NCBI GenBank assembly: GCA_973895155.1
Contig: OZ316893.1
Location: 16,708,645-16,772,644 of the forward strand
Direction: 5' to 3'
From: Marsupella aquatica
Taxonomy: Eukaryota > Plantae > Marchantiophyta
Length of the DNA: 64,000 nucleotides
Position numbers and translations under genes: made by a program. The notes under the pieces are model-generated. The model did no database searches, was not told the origin of the DNA, and saw nothing but the letters and a program-made list of their open reading frames with translations. Below, one piece after another: positions 12,346 through 25,921 of this stretch (its first letter is position 1; the number at the start of each line of letters is the position of its first letter).

Positions 12346-12899
12346 ACTATGTGTATGCACAATGTCCCTAATGTGGATGTCATGTTTGGAGATTGTAGAG
12401 AGATCAGTTTTGATCAAAAGGACCACGGGGACATTAGGCAACAGTTATCCTATGCTTTCATGTGACTGGGTACATGCCCCTAAAAACTTTCCTTAAGCCT
12501 TCGAGAATCTCTTAAGATTGAGCAATCATTTTGAGAATTAAAGACTTCCATGACACTGCTTAAATGAAATGACAGACTTGTTATTATGAGCATATAAAGT
12601 ACAAGGCTTTTTAATGTATGAGAAATCCAAGATTCGGATGAACTTCTTAATTTTGATTGAATGGACCCTCGTTTGAAATTTATTGATTAGATGTGGCATT
12701 GATCATAAAGCAATTACACTTGTTTTCATCTTCAATATCTCCTCTGTTGCATATTCAAGTTATGAGGTTCATCCTTGTAGGTGCCTAGCCTTGTTTGTGC
12801 ATTTGTCACAATTGCTGTTCTTTTTGGAATTGGAGCACATCCCCAAAGGATTGGACTGCACTGGAGCAACTGAAAAAGGGAAAGAGTTTGGGAGCCCTT

Positions 12900-13714
12900 C
12901 GATTGTCAGGTGAACACATTCATCTAGTAATCTACTCCGATCAGGTAGGGTGTGTGTACATGGCCCCTGGGAAACATAGAAAGGTTTGTGGAGTGAAGTT
13001 CAAGATATCACTCCACAAACTACACATGTTGCTGCAGGGACATGGCTATCAGTGATGAAGAAGTGGTCATGGTTGTTCATCAATTCTGCCATTGCTGAGC
13101 AAGGTCTAAAAGTAGTTGAGGCCTCTTGGCTGACTGATTCACTAAAACAGGGGTCTGTACAAAATACTGAGGAGTATGAATTGTGGGAATGTGAGGAGGC
13201 CACAATAGAGGCTTTGGCTGAACAGGAAGTATACAAAGCAAAGGTAGAGGCAGCCAAGCTTGCTTCTGTCCAATGGGGACCTCTTGTCAGCATAGGGCAC
13301 CATCCAAGAAGGCAACACAAGTAGGGAAAACCCATTTTCAAGGGGGTCAAAGTGGTATTTGTGGAGGAGGGAATTGGAGAGACTAAGTGCAAAATGTACA
13401 AGGACACAGTCCTTGAGCTGGGTGGGAAATTGGAGGGCAGTCTCTCAGACACCTCCACTCATGTTGTTGCTATGTCATACCCTAAAGCTTGCCAAAAATT
13501 AGGGAAGGGTGACATTCGTTCGTCTATCATGAACAACAATGTCTTTGCGGTTTCCCCTGGTTGGATTTTGGTATCAGCAGCAGTAGGTAAGCAACAGAAT
13601 CATTGGGACTTTGATATTTTTGAGGCCTGGCCACGAAAGGGTCAGGATCCTTATGCGGAAGATTATGTCATCACAGATGAGGAATGGGAGCTTAGCAATG
13701 ATGGGACAGAGTGA
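12900..13714 (+). pseudogene. tandem BRCT-domain fragment (DNA polymerase lambda-like BRCT)
   Basis: TTHVAA...VVEASWLTDSLKQG..EEYEL and IFKGVKVVFVE...LGGKLEGSLSDTSTHVVA...VSPGWILVS; in-frame TAG at 13322-13324. Confidence 0.75.
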
Positions 13715-14140
13715 GGAGTAGGAGCCCCATGTCATGGAAAATTTTGTATAAATCATGATTTTGTAATAAATGTGATCTTTGAACTGACTGAGCTTGTTAT
13801 GGTTGGTTGTAGTTGAAGTGCTTTTCCTGTAAGCGGATTGTTGTTTCCTACTGCCTGGGGTGTGACTATCAACCCACTTACTTGGTGGCCTTTGTTGTGC
13901 TCAACTTGCACATTTTCGCAAAACACTTTGGTGGGTATGCTGCCTTTTCCAGACCGGCAAGCTACCCATAGGGTCCTCCTACGGGTAGCCACCTGCATGG
14001 CTACTGTTTGGGTTTACCTATGCAGTTTGGTAATGAAAGATAATCTGGCCCCAACTGAGGGAAGGCCTGTAGACCTCAAATGTGTTGTCAATTCTATGGT
14101 GAATGAGGATACATAGGATGATGACATTTATTTTACAGCA

Positions 14141-14461
14141 GATGAGTCAGACAATCCTGTAGGCACTTCCTTGTTGCATGCTTTGCCAGACAATTTAATA
14201 GTTACACAGGTGTGGCCTAGGGTTCTGGTGGTGTCTACCGCACAAGATATCTGCAATTATAGACAAATTAGTACCCGATGGAGGGACTTGGTAGCGACTT
14301 GCCCCCAATGGAGGGCATTGCATCCACTGCTTGTAGGCACGGATGCAAGACCCCCATGGCATGAGCAGGGTTTAGACCTTGATGATTTAATGTACATGCC
14401 TGAGTACTTGAGGTCTGAGTGGCATCGAGAACAAGGTTGGTACCCATATTTGACCTGGTAA
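14141..14461 (+). pseudogene. F-box-like fragment
   Basis: LLHALPDNLIVTQVWPRV...YRQISTRWRDLV resembles the F-box consensus. Confidence 0.55.
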
Positions 14462-15099
14462 TAAGGTGAGATATCTGACACCGCTCTCACACCTGTGCCT
14501 ATGACTACACATGATTGGACTCTGATATGGTCATGGGTGTACATGCAAAGGCAGTACATTCGAGGACAGCGGAGGAGGTGGTGACACCCTCCAACATTTA
14601 GGAATTTTGTCTCATTCACTTGAGAATAGGTACACGACTCAAGAACCTGTTTTTTTCTTTTGGGGTGGTTTAGGGTTTGTGTACCTTTATTACACGTTAT
14701 GTTAACTCTTTTGGTAGATACAGTTAGGGATGGAACCCAAATACCACCAGTAGGCATCTTTTTTCACTACTGTCCGTGACTGCAGAGCTTCCAGCCTGTT
14801 ACAATGCACCCTAGTCACCACCCTCCCCAAACCTAGCCCAGGGCACAGGCACTGCCTTTGCATCATCCCACAAGGATTTCACGCCATGATAATAAGCTTT
14901 GGCAGCATGAAAGGTTAAGAACCAGACTTTCAGGAGCCAGTAGGATGAGATGTCCTTGTGCAATCTGCCAAGGATCCCGTACCAAGGGTCTGAATGAGGT
15001 TTGGCGGCATATTGCGGTTCATGGAAGAGATCCACAACATCAAGTTTGGAATGATTTTGTAGAGGAAGATTCTTTCGACGGGGAGTGGAGGTTAGAATT

Positions 15100-18000
15100 A
15101 TTTTTATTTTTATTTTTTTTAATTTGAATTTTATTCCGTGTGAACCCCACGGATGGGGGGAGCAGCAGGCCAAAAGGCAAAAGGGTTTTCAAGGAAAGTG
15201 ACAACAGCCGGTCAAAGTCAAGCCAAGTGCCCTGACACTAAGCAAGACAAAGATAGTCTACTGACCTCCAAACAAACCTAGTGAGTGGGATAACAAAAGT
15301 AAAGTAACAAAAAAAAACAAAGCTAACAAGTAACGGTCTGAAGCCTGTATTTAGTGTTTACTGGGAGTAAGTAGAACAAGACCCAGGAGTGAGGGTCAAG
15401 CCCCCAGTAAACATAAATAGTAGTAACAAGCAACAAAGCCAGTAGACTAATGCAGACAAGAGTAACCCTATTTAGCACACTCAGTTAGAGATCAAACATC
15501 TCACTTTGCTCCTTATAATCCTAATTTGTTCCTGCACTAAAATATGTTTAGCCTGTGTAACTCTGGAAAGCTTATTCTTTGAACCAGTAGCAGCTGCCAC
15601 TGCGGTCAAGTGATCCAAGGTTTCAGAAATGGTAAGTATCTGGTCAAAGACTTTTTTTGGAAAGGTCAAACGTCTGATCATTTTGTGCATTCCAAATAGC
15701 CCACAGGATTTGATACAGCAGAAAGAGACAAAGTGTGCTCCGAGGGCTCTTCCTAAGCGACAAGGAAATTAATTCCACCAGAGTCTGATGTGGTTCAATG
15801 ATAGTACCATTTAGCCAGCTCTGAGCTTCCATCCAACAGCGCTGTGCGTGTCTGCAATTAGTGAAGAGATGAGGAATAGTCTCTATGGGTATGGCCCCCG
15901 TGACAGAAAACAGAAAACAGGTTTCCTGGTACCAGTAAAAAATTTCCTGTTACCAGCAAAAAGTTACTGTTACCAATAAAAATGACAATCAAAAAATATT
16001 TTCAAAAAAGTCACATTTTCCAAAAAAACATTTTTTGGCTAGCTTTGTGCGCTAGCATTACCAACGCCGGGCGCTGGCTAAAAAAACAAAAATTTCAAAA
16101 AAAATTATCACTCCTTTTCTTGTTAACAGTTTCTATTTCCTGTTACCAGTTTATGTTTGTTGTTACCGTTTGCTGTTTGTTGTCATTTGTAAATACCTCG
16201 TCTCTATCATCCCAGGGCACAGAATGCAAATTCCATCTGACTTGGCAATTCTCACTGCTCTTGATCCAGAGAAGAGCCCCTGTGCCAGGACCCGCCATAG
16301 AAATGTTTTTGCTCTGGTGGACAGGTCTGCCGTCCAGATCATCAACCAGATCTTGCTCCATTCTTCATCAGTATGCCTCACTTCCCATATTCTGTTGAAC
16401 CGGAGGTGATCCGTTCCTTTAGGCCTCAGCATTTCGTATACCTGCTAGTTGGGTAAGCCAAATTGCCGAATCCGTGTGTCCTTGTCAATCCACTTCCATT
16501 GACAAGCGAGGGTATCAAATCCACTTCCAAGGAAAACAGATCCATGGACCACTCTGATCAGTGCAAGGCATAAGGTTTGGTCTCCATCGGTGAGGCCTCT
16601 CAATCGGTTCAACCTAGTATCCAAGTTCCTCCAGTCATTTGTAGCAAAGGACCCAAAATCCCCAACCTTCCTAATTCCCAAGTTGCCGCAAAGTCGGGTC
16701 ACTGTCACAATGGATGCCTCAGGCAGGTCATAAAAATCCTGAGAGCATCAAACCAAATCCTCCAATATCCAGTGTCCAAGGATAGCATCCATTCTAGGGT
16801 GGAAGATCAGGTTTTCCCTAGCAAGTGCCCATGCGCCCTAGAGTTGCCCCGTGTAAGTCAATTTCCCGAAAGATCATGGTGAACCCAGTAGCATTAGATC
16901 TGTCATAGAGTAGTGGTTCCTACGTACAGATTTGTAGTTTCTCCATTTTGTCAATCGCAAGTTTACAGCAAAGAGTTGAGCCCATTCCGTCTCCGAATGA
17001 TCCAAAGCCCCGGTGAACCACTTACAGAGGAGTGCATCTGAATGACTCCTGAAGTCTTTCAGGCCAGGTCCGCCAACATTCTTAGGCCTGCACAACTTAT
17101 CCCAAGCCACCAGGGGTAGCCTCTTACCCCTTGTCCTGTTGTTACCCCAAAGGAGATTCCTGCTTAATGCTGTTAATTTCCTAGCCATTGCAGCCGGGGA
17201 GCGTAGAAACATCATGTGATAGCTAGATGGGTATAGCCTGCAAGACATGTTTAACAAGCAAAAGGCGACCAGTAAATGAAAGAAAGCGTGAGGACCACGT
17301 AGACAGGCGTGCGCTAATCCTATCCAGACAAAAGCCATGTAACTGTGCTTCTGACAAGCCAGCACCCAGTCAGGCACCCAAATATTTCTGCACCATCCCT
17401 ACTTCACTGATGACACATCCAGTCTCTCTAAACCATCTAGGAATCTCCTCCATTCCCAAGGGGATGACAATGGACTTTTTGAGATTGAGTTTTGCTCCAG
17501 TAGCACATTCGTAAGTGTTCAATGTGCTTTTAGCCTGTTTGAATGCAAGCTCCGTAACAGGGATGAACAGACCCATATCATCCGCAAAGAGTCTAAATGA
17601 GATCTTCAAGTTAGGACTAATTTGAAAGCCTTGTAATCTCCCTGCCCTGATTTCTGCATTACAAAAATCCATTAGCGGTTGGGTCAAAATTGCAAACAAT
17701 AGTGGAGAGAGAGGACATCCCTGTCTCACCCCCGGCTCAACTGAATATCTTCAGTCCAGATCCCGTTAACTAAAGCCTTGGAGTTTGCATTACTTAGTAA
17801 CGACTTGACCAAGAAGATAAAATGAGACCCAATGCCCAGTAGGTGCATTGTTTCCCAGATGTAGGTGTGATCCACTCTATCAAATGCTTTCTCGAAATCC
17901 AACTTCAAGAACAGAGCCGGTGTATTCGTAATGTTAATCCAATCATTCATCAGCCAGGTAATGGAGATATTCTCTAAAATATGTCTGCCAGGAATGAATC

Positions 18001-18637
18001 CTGTTTGTTGTGGGCAGATCAGTTTAGAAAGCAACGGTTTTAATCGTTGTGCCAGTAGTTTGGCCATAATCTTGTAAATGATTGTCAACATCGTGAGCGA
18101 TCGCCAGTCCCTCAGCCTTCGTTTGTCAGTCTTTTTAGGAATGAAACAAATGACTCCCTCCTTTATCTTGAATGCAAGATGTCTCGTGCGCCAAAAGTCA
18201 GCCACCATGGCATGCAGATCCTCCTTCAAAAATTCCCAGGATGCACAAATTCCTTCTGCGGTCATCCCATCAATCCCCGGAGCCTTGTTACATGGTAAAA
18301 GTAACAAGGTACAATGCAACTCCTATATCAAGGGTAGAGCCTCTAATCTTCTGATTTCACCAGCCGTAAGTGCAAACCGAGTATGTGCACAGAGTACACG
18401 TCGGGCAGTGAGCATATCCGATACCGCCTCCTCTGAGAGCAATGGTGGTGCATATAACTCCTCGCAATGTCTGTGCACCTCCTTAATTACTAACAGTTCA
18501 TCCTGGATTTCTCTTCCTCCTTCCACTACCAGGTACGCCATGTTTTCTCTCTGCCGCTTTGCCTTGACAATAGAAAAGAAAAACTTGGAAGTTTCTTCAC
18601 CCTGGCCAAGCCATTGGATCTGACATAGACGTCAATT
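15100..18637 (-). mobile_element. 5'-truncated L1-clade LINE (RT + zf-RVT), degenerate
   Basis: 15-bp TSD gtggaggttagaatt at 15085-15099 and 18638-18652; A-rich tail at 15100-15120; KAPGIDG, QTGFIPGR, KLDFEKAFDRV, RQGCPLSP, FADD. Confidence 0.95.
15887..16199. mobile_element. 313-bp non-autonomous DNA transposon (MITE, probably MULE-type) inside the LINE
   Basis: 8-bp TSD gtctctat (15879-15886, 16200-16207); G-starting imperfect long TIRs (GGGTAT..TGACAGAAAACAG vs GAGGTAT..TGACAACAAACAG); removal restores the LINE zf-RVT CILCPGMIETIPHLF. Confidence 0.8.
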
Positions 18638-19823
18638 GTGGAGGTTAGAATTTGATGTTGCCAATGCTGCAAGGCGGGCAGAGGAGGTTCTGCCTGGTGT
18701 GTTTGACAATGTTGTAGCTGGTCTCTGTGGGTTTTCAGCCCTCCAACTCAGGCAACACCACGTGAGGAAGGAATTCATGTGGAAGACATGGTGAGAGACA
18801 TCTTCCAAGACTTGGATGCATTTCATGATGGGTTGGACAATAAAGAGGAAACGACTGCAGATGCAAGTGTGCCCCTTGTCAAAGAGCCTCTTGATGAGTT
18901 TGAGATAGGGCATGATGGGATGTTTGGCTCTCCCTTGCAAACATAGGAAGGCAAGAAGTCTTTGTACCTGGTAGCAAATGTTCTAAACTAGGATTTGTCA
19001 TCATGTTCCTGAACATTTGCGGCAACCACAATGTCCCCAACGTTTTAGTTTTTGAGTTGTTGGCATTCTTGCGAACAACTGTGCTACCAGATGGTAATCT
19101 TTTGCCCAAGAACATGTACAAGGCAAAACGATGCATATCTAATCTTGGATTGAACTATGATTCCATCCATGCCTGTCCAATGGGCATATTCTTTTTAGAA
19201 AGGAGTATGCAACATCGTTGACATGCCTCAAGTGTGGGAAGCACAGGTATCGGATCTCAAAAAAGTCTATGGTTCCCGCCAAGGTTCTTCATCATTTTCC
19301 ACTCATTCCCGGACTTCAACAAATGTTCAGAAGCCGTGCCATCTCAAAGATGATGACTTGGGCAGCTGACAAGAAAAGTGTTGATGGAATACAACGACAT
19401 GCTATAAATTCAAAGTAGTGGAAACTCATAGATGAGATGTATCCCAAATTTGCTGCTGAGCCAAGGAATGTCAGACTTGGGCTGTCATTGGATGGGGCCT
19501 ATAACTATTTCCGTGCTGGCCTATAACTATTTTTAATTATTACCTTCCTCCTTGCATGGATGACTACAATGCGGTTTTTTGTTTTGATGGTCCTACTGAT
19601 ACCAGAGCTAGATAGTGTTGTATCTGCCAGCATAGATGTGTTTCTGGCTCCCCTTGTGGAGGAATTGAGAAAGCTTTGGGAGGAAGGAGTTCTCACATAT
19701 GATGTCCTACAGAGGCTTGGGAGGTTAAACCCATTCATCCTTAGAGCCATCATCAATTTGACTATAGTTGACTACCCAGCCCATGGGATGATATCAGGCC
19801 AAACAACAAAGGCTATTGTGCTT

Positions 19824-21303
19824 AGTGGTGGACTTAGCCACCCAGCGCCCTCACCAATCCCAGCACTCATGCCTAAGTGCCCTGGTGCCCGAACGCCTCC
19901 ACGGAATACTTTGAGCAAGCAACCTAGTGTCCCTTGTATCACTCGCGGCCCCTCCCATACGAAGCTGCACTTGCTCTCCAACATGACCGCTACTCAACGG
20001 TCCTCACTGTTTGCACAAGCAACCAAGCACCTTGGTAAGTAACCCTTCAGGATCTAGAACTCGCCAAGTCTAGCATCCTAACTCAAGCTCAACAGACATT
20101 GGTAAATAGGTCAGCGATAGGTCCTCCCGATGCCATAAGCCGGAACCAAAACCCACGTCCACTGTTTGTCCATAAAACTCCTTCCTTGGGCGCGGCCCAG
20201 GTTCCCCCTCGTACCTATCCATCACCAACTGACCGCCCTGGCCCCAGGACATGGTCATGGCCCAAATTAGCGTTGCTTGTCCTAAAGCTTGTCACAACAT
20301 GCCGGACTAGAATGGCCCCGACTCTAGCAACCAACTCTCGGTTCTCGCCCCACTGATGGTCTAGGGGCCAAGCACCCTTGGAACTCAACCTCCACGCCTA
20401 CTTGGCCTTGCCTCCCCAACGCAAGCTCCCTTGGGAGACTGAACGCAGCTTGGCTGCTGTTCGGTAGGATTTTGCAAGCGGGCGAGCTAACACCCGCAAA
20501 CCTCAAGAACCCATGGTGCCCCCAAACCTAGCTGAGCTCAAGAGGACGTAGCCCTCCTTGAGAGCTTTCAACGCACCCAAGAAGTCCTCCAATAGACTTC
20601 CCGTTGGGAAGATATCGCCGTTTCCGTTTGGCGCTTTCCCTTAGTGTCGCGACCGCTGCGGCTCACGACTTCCGCTTGCCCTTGGCCCCCAGGGAGACAC
20701 CACTCCCCTCATATATGCTTCTGGAGACCTGCCACCCCCGGACCAACTTTGGTCCCTAAATATTTGGCCTCCAACCCGGATCCTATCGCGCATAGTGGGT
20801 GCGCAACCAATTGGCAACGCCCATAACTTTTTTGTTAGACGTCCGCAAGCAGAGTGCCTTAGCCCATTGTGATCGGGCCGACCCAGTGCTCATGCCTAAG
20901 CCCTTAGGTCTCATTGCCGCTCGGTGTCCCTGATTGGCCAAACCCGGATCGGGCCCTAAGTCACGCCCCAAGCGTCCATTGCCCATGGCATCAACTCCAT
21001 TGGCCTTGGGCCCAAGAGGAGCTCACACTCAAGCCCTTGGAACTCAAAGTCTGTCTGGGGGCCTGGACGGTCAACCTTGAGTCCAGCCCCTTTCCCTTTG
21101 ACCCAACCAGCTTGCCTAAGTCCTTAGTGTGTGTCACCAGCTTGGCTCCTTGCCTTTGCTAACTGTGCCACGTCTCATTGCCCACTAGTCTCCCCATGCT
21201 AAGTCCTCTCCGGATGGCCTATCCGGGCCTGGACCATAAGGGAGCTTGGCGTCGGAGTCAGTGACGCCGGAGCTAAGTGTTAAGGTAGTCGAGTTCCGTG
21301 ACT
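19824..21303 (-). repeat. 3' LTR-like region of a Ty3 chromovirus (left boundary uncertain)
   Basis: Polypurine tract (PPT) AAGGGGGGG at ~21308-21316 followed by (A/T)GTCACG; non-coding; abuts the truncated CACTA transposase. Confidence 0.6.
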
Positions 21304-21739
21304 TGCACCCCCCCTTAAAAATGGTCACATCCGTGTGACCTCAATAGACATTCCAGCACGCCTAGACCACTTTAGGTCTTAAAATTTTTATGAGGTAACA
21401 AATGATTTGCCCATAAGGCTAATGCAAACCAGGTTGGTATGTGCATTCCAGACTTAGGAAATCCAACCTATCCCACTTATCCAAGTAGGATGCCAGTCCA
21501 AGCGGGTAAGCTAACTCCAAACTTGTCGGACCCCTTGTCCTTGCCTTGGGGTACTCCCTTTGGTTTGAACCAGCCCGCCCACAGATGTAAGGCGGGCACC
21601 ATCAACTTCCACTCGCAAAAAACAAATTGGCCGCCCAACAACCTCTAGCACCAATGCAATGCAACTTTATCCTTAAGAGGCCGAGAGGAGTGAAATTAGG
21701 ATACAACTCACAAAGGTAGCTACAGTTGCATGTACCAGT

Positions 21740-22921
21740 TCACAACGGCGGTAGGCCGCTTTGCTTACGATAGCTTCCAAGGATCTCTGAGGCATTACCC
21801 AAATTTTCTTCCGGTTCCCAAGTACTCTTGGCCTGATCATAGCCAGCCCACTTCATCAAATACTCTAAGATTTGCCTTCCCAACTTATGTTTGTAATGGT
21901 GATCTAGAATTGCCTCCACCTCAAACTCCTTCGCGTCCTCCACCAGTATGGCGTCTGGACGCAAGACCTGATCCCAGTTGGGATCATTGTCTTTGACAAA
22001 TTTCTTGAGTTGGCTAACATGGTAGCTTTTACCCACGCCCATTTCCTTGGGTGTCTCCAACACCACCAAAACTTGATTATCCTTGTGGGCCCATTGTATG
22101 ATGCGATAGGGCCCCGCATATCTGGGAGCCAGCTTCCTACTTATGTTCCCGTGGTATTGCTTAGGTCTCAATTGCAACCAGACGCTCTCCCCAACTTCAA
22201 AGCTTGTACCTAGCGTCGATGTTTATCCCCTTGCTCCTTATACCAACTTTGGGCAAGGGTCATACCCTTGGTAGCCACTTCCACAACTAGGCGCCGCTCT
22301 CGAATAAAATTGTCCGCAAAAGGAACCTTGCTTTCCATTTGCCAAGCTTCCGGATTTATGAAGCAAGAGGGCGCCCTTGGCGTCCTCCCTGTGGCCAACA
22401 CAAACGGCGCAAACCCCGTCGCCAAATGCTTGGTTGAGTTATACCTAAACTCGGCCATTGTTAAGTGCCTTTCCCAATCCTTCTGATTGGACATCACAAA
22501 GTGACGCAAGTAGTCCTCCACGATACCATTTACCCATTCCGTTTGGCCATCTGTCTCGTCGTGATACGCTGATCCCCTAGTAAGCTCCGTTCCAAATAAC
22601 CAGAACAATGCCTTCCAAAAATGGCCCGTGAACTTGGTATTGCGGTCAGACAGGATATGCAACGGCAATCCCATTGTCGGAAAACATTGTCAAATACTAG
22701 ACCGGCAACCTCTCGGGCCGAAACCATTTTTGTAGTCGGCAAGAAATACGTCATCTTGGAAAAACAATCCACGATTGTTATAATGGAGTTACTGTCGTGG
22801 GACTCAGGTAACCCAACAATGAAGTCCATGGAGATGGACTCCCATGGAGCCGCAGCTACTGGTGAGGGTTGCAGAAGTCCTCCTTTTGCCCTATAGACCG
22901 TTCGGTTCTTTTGGCACGAGT
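21740..22921 (-). pseudogene. chromovirus integrase core + GPY + chromodomain
   Basis: WESISMDFIVGL, ETDGQTE, KLAPRYAGPY, FEVEAILDH...EYLMKWAGY...STWEPEENL. Confidence 0.95.
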
Positions 22922-23372
22922 TGTAAGTAGTGGGTAATTCCAAAAGTAGGAAGAAACTGAATTTTTTTTAAATTTTCTATGGTGTTTAAACTATAATTAT
23001 TGCTAACATAGCGGAGATAGCATTCTGTCTACAAGTTATGGGTTCCCAATTCTAAGTTACGAGTAAACTCTTGTTTACGAGTTTACTAGTTACTAGTTAA
23101 TAGTATCCTGGTTTACAAGTTTACGAGTTAACGACTGTTACGAGTTTACTAGTTAAGGCTTTATGAGTTGTGCCTTGCGAGTTGGCGACCGGTGATCGCG
23201 ACGTCTCACGGCTACCTTCAACGGGACTTAGCAACGGGATGGCGAGCGCATATTGAAGTAAAGGCAAGCTAGGTAGACCTCGGGTGCTCACTCCTGACTA
23301 AATCCCTGCCTCCTCCATTGATTCTCTTGGCCTCCCCATTTCTTTGCGCTACTACAAGAAACAATTTGAGCT

Positions 23373-24659
23373 ATGGCTGGCCTGGGAGCTGATGAGCAGT
23401 ACCGAGTTGACGCATTGGCAATTCCTAAGAGCGTAGTCGCTCAAATTCCACAAGCGCCCGATAGTTATGCGAATTTACAAACTTCATTACAACAGCTAGG
23501 TCTGGGGCATCTACTTGTCGTTCCTTGGGACGTAGAACTCGACTCATACTTGCAAGATTTTGTGAAGGGGTCGCTGCTTGCTCCTGAATTTTGACAGACC
23601 ATTCGAGCTTGGCCAAGTCTATGGACTGTGGAGCAAATTGCTCGTGCCTTCCGCTGCCCTTCAGAAGGAGAAGGATTGTATTCAAAGAAGAAAGATTTGT
23701 CTACTCCCTACTTTTCTGGGATTCACAATCTCACAAATGGCTGGAATCTAACACAGTGTACTTATCCAAATTTGAGAGTGCTTCTGGAATTTCTAGTGCC
23801 AACTTTACACCCGAAAAAGCCAACCATTTGCCCAATGGCTTTGGTTAACACAATTGTAGCTGCACACAATGGAGCCATCCAGGTGAATTGGGCCTTGTTA
23901 ATTATCAATGTGATGAAGGATCAGGTGAGGAGCATGAAGGCAGGTAGACCTACCTATCTGCAGGTATATCTGTCTCAGCTCTATCAGGCTTATGATTGTT
24001 TACATCCAGAGGAGAGAACAGAAAGAGGATTACTCCTGATCGAACTAGGCATTGAAGAAGAAATTGGTGTAGAAGAACCAGTGGATGCTATTCCCCTGGA
24101 TTCTAATGATCAGAATATGGATGTTGATATGGATTTGGAAGATGCCTCTGTGGGTGAACTTGAAGTTTCACCTGCTCACAATATGGAGTTGGTTCGACAT
24201 CCTCTGGTTAACTTGGTGTATTCAAGAGAAGTCAACGTGGAAAATCAACCTGGAGCTGAAAAAGCTAAGGACGTCTCTGAGCAACACGAAGTTGTTGCTG
24301 ACCCGACCACTACTGTCATCCTGAGGGTTGATCCGACTACTTCTTCAAAGGCAGAGTTCAACCAGCAACTTATTGATAAGTTAATTGCTCTTTTTGGTTG
24401 TGATGATGTGGAACTCTATGATGTTGTCTGTAATTTAAGATCAGAGGTAGTCAGCTTATCATCCCCATTTCCAGATCAATTAACTCCTGTCAGGACCACC
24501 TCTCCTATTGTGGGATCAGCCTTAGAAGAATTCGTTGCTCTCAGTCCTGTTGCACCACCAAACCTGCCTGTAGAGCCAAGTGAACCTGTTCCTGTGACAG
24601 AGGATGTAAATTATGCTGCCATTGTAAACAACTTACTGAGTGGACATGCTACAGTGTGA
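23373..24659 (+). pseudogene. LTR-encoded ORF with PMD/Transposase_32-like domain and acidic/Pro-rich tail
   Basis: 23373-23594 and 23628-24659 are in frame across one TGA; LGHLLVVPW...DFV...IARAF...NGWNLTQC...LEFL...LHP...VNWA. Confidence 0.75.
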
Positions 24660-24672
24660 GCCATAGGAGATT

Positions 24673-25708
24673 ATGTCCGTTGTTAGCCACTTAACTCAAA
24701 AATCTCCAGTTATTAAAATTCCCCATCATCCAGATCCTTACTCATACAGTCCTGATTCCAACTATGAACCCATTGATGGACCCATCTTCACTCGGGGTCA
24801 CTCTGAAGATCCTTATGTTAGACGGGATCTCTTTGATGACTCTGACCCGCCTTCGGATAATGGCACTTATAGATCTTATGACAATCCCCTTGAGTCATCA
24901 CCAAGGCAAGGGTTTGAAGATGTTGATACAGCTTTGAGGTCAAACCCAAACCTAGTAGCAGTGGTTACGTCCTCTACTCAGACTCCCAGGAATGCTACTA
25001 TTGAGAAGAAGTATCCTAGGCTTCCCCAGGCTCAAGTACAGAAGTATGTAGACATCTGTAAGGTTATGCATGCCAACATGCCACCAGTTGGAGAATTCTG
25101 GAGATACTATTACTTAAAGAAAACTGAGGCAAGCTACATTTTTGACCTGAAGTATCATGGGACTTCTTGATTGGAAATGGCCCAGTTTGATGAGCACTGG
25201 ACTGACTCTGTCTACTTCCGACCTATTCTGGCAATGATGTTGCTGCAAGGTGATGTAGAAGTGGAGGATCCTGACCTAGTCCTGGCCTACTTTGGGAATT
25301 TTGCAGCTTATGTTCTGGACTTCGTGCTTACTTTTCTCATGCAGAGAAAGAAATCAACTTCTTGGCAGAACAACTACATCCCTAAGGAACCTAAGGTTAT
25401 GCTGGTTGACATTGGCTGATAAGCAAAGAATCTGGGATAATGTCACCACTCACACTCTGGGCAAGTTCAACCGGTACTTTAAGGATGTTTGTTGGAGACT
25501 TCGACCTTTCTACTCGAAGATGATGAGAACTGAGGATTTCATGGCCTATTATCCCCAGGTTCATGCTGCTACCTGCAATCACTATGATGTGATTGGAATT
25601 TATAGGGAGGCACTCCAAATAGACTCTTGTTATTTGATGAGGAGAATGCCAGTGATGTATCCAGATAGGCAACTGAGATGTTTGCCCTATTCTCGAGGTT
25701 CACCATGA
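24673..25708 (+). pseudogene. second LTR-encoded ORF, unknown helical domain
   Basis: 24673-25170 and 25171-25419 in frame across a TGA; probable frameshift into 25292-25708; aromatic-rich globular sequence. Confidence 0.6.
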
Positions 25709-25921
25709 CAGGTTGAGCTCATGGAGGTTGTCCAATCAGGCACTGTTGCTTTTGTGGAGCTTCTCAAAATCAACGACATTCAACACCGAGACTAAGGCAG
25801 AAGTCCTAAGTGTTTTTAGTTAGTTTAGAGTAGTGCATCTTGTCCTATTTTTAGAAATTTGCTCTATGTTACAAGGAGGACACCATAGGCAAGAGTTGCT
25901 CCAACCTCCAACTTCACTAAT

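Larger units (their letters stand above)
14876..19823 (+). mobile_element. CACTA (En/Spm) TnpD/Tnp2 transposase pseudogene, interrupted by a LINE and 3'-truncated
   Basis: Transposase-associated motif RCPCAIC...RHIAVHG (14947-15030); LGLNYDSIHACP, HFPLIP, EPRNVRLGLSLDG, IDVFLAPLVEEL..LW, DYPAHG (19140-19800). TIRs not found. Confidence 0.9.

Noticed and set aside
20290-20298. tgtcaca as the true end of the chromovirus 3' LTR
   Set aside because: Possible, but no TSD can be verified and the flanking DNA has the same LTR-like character; left unresolved.
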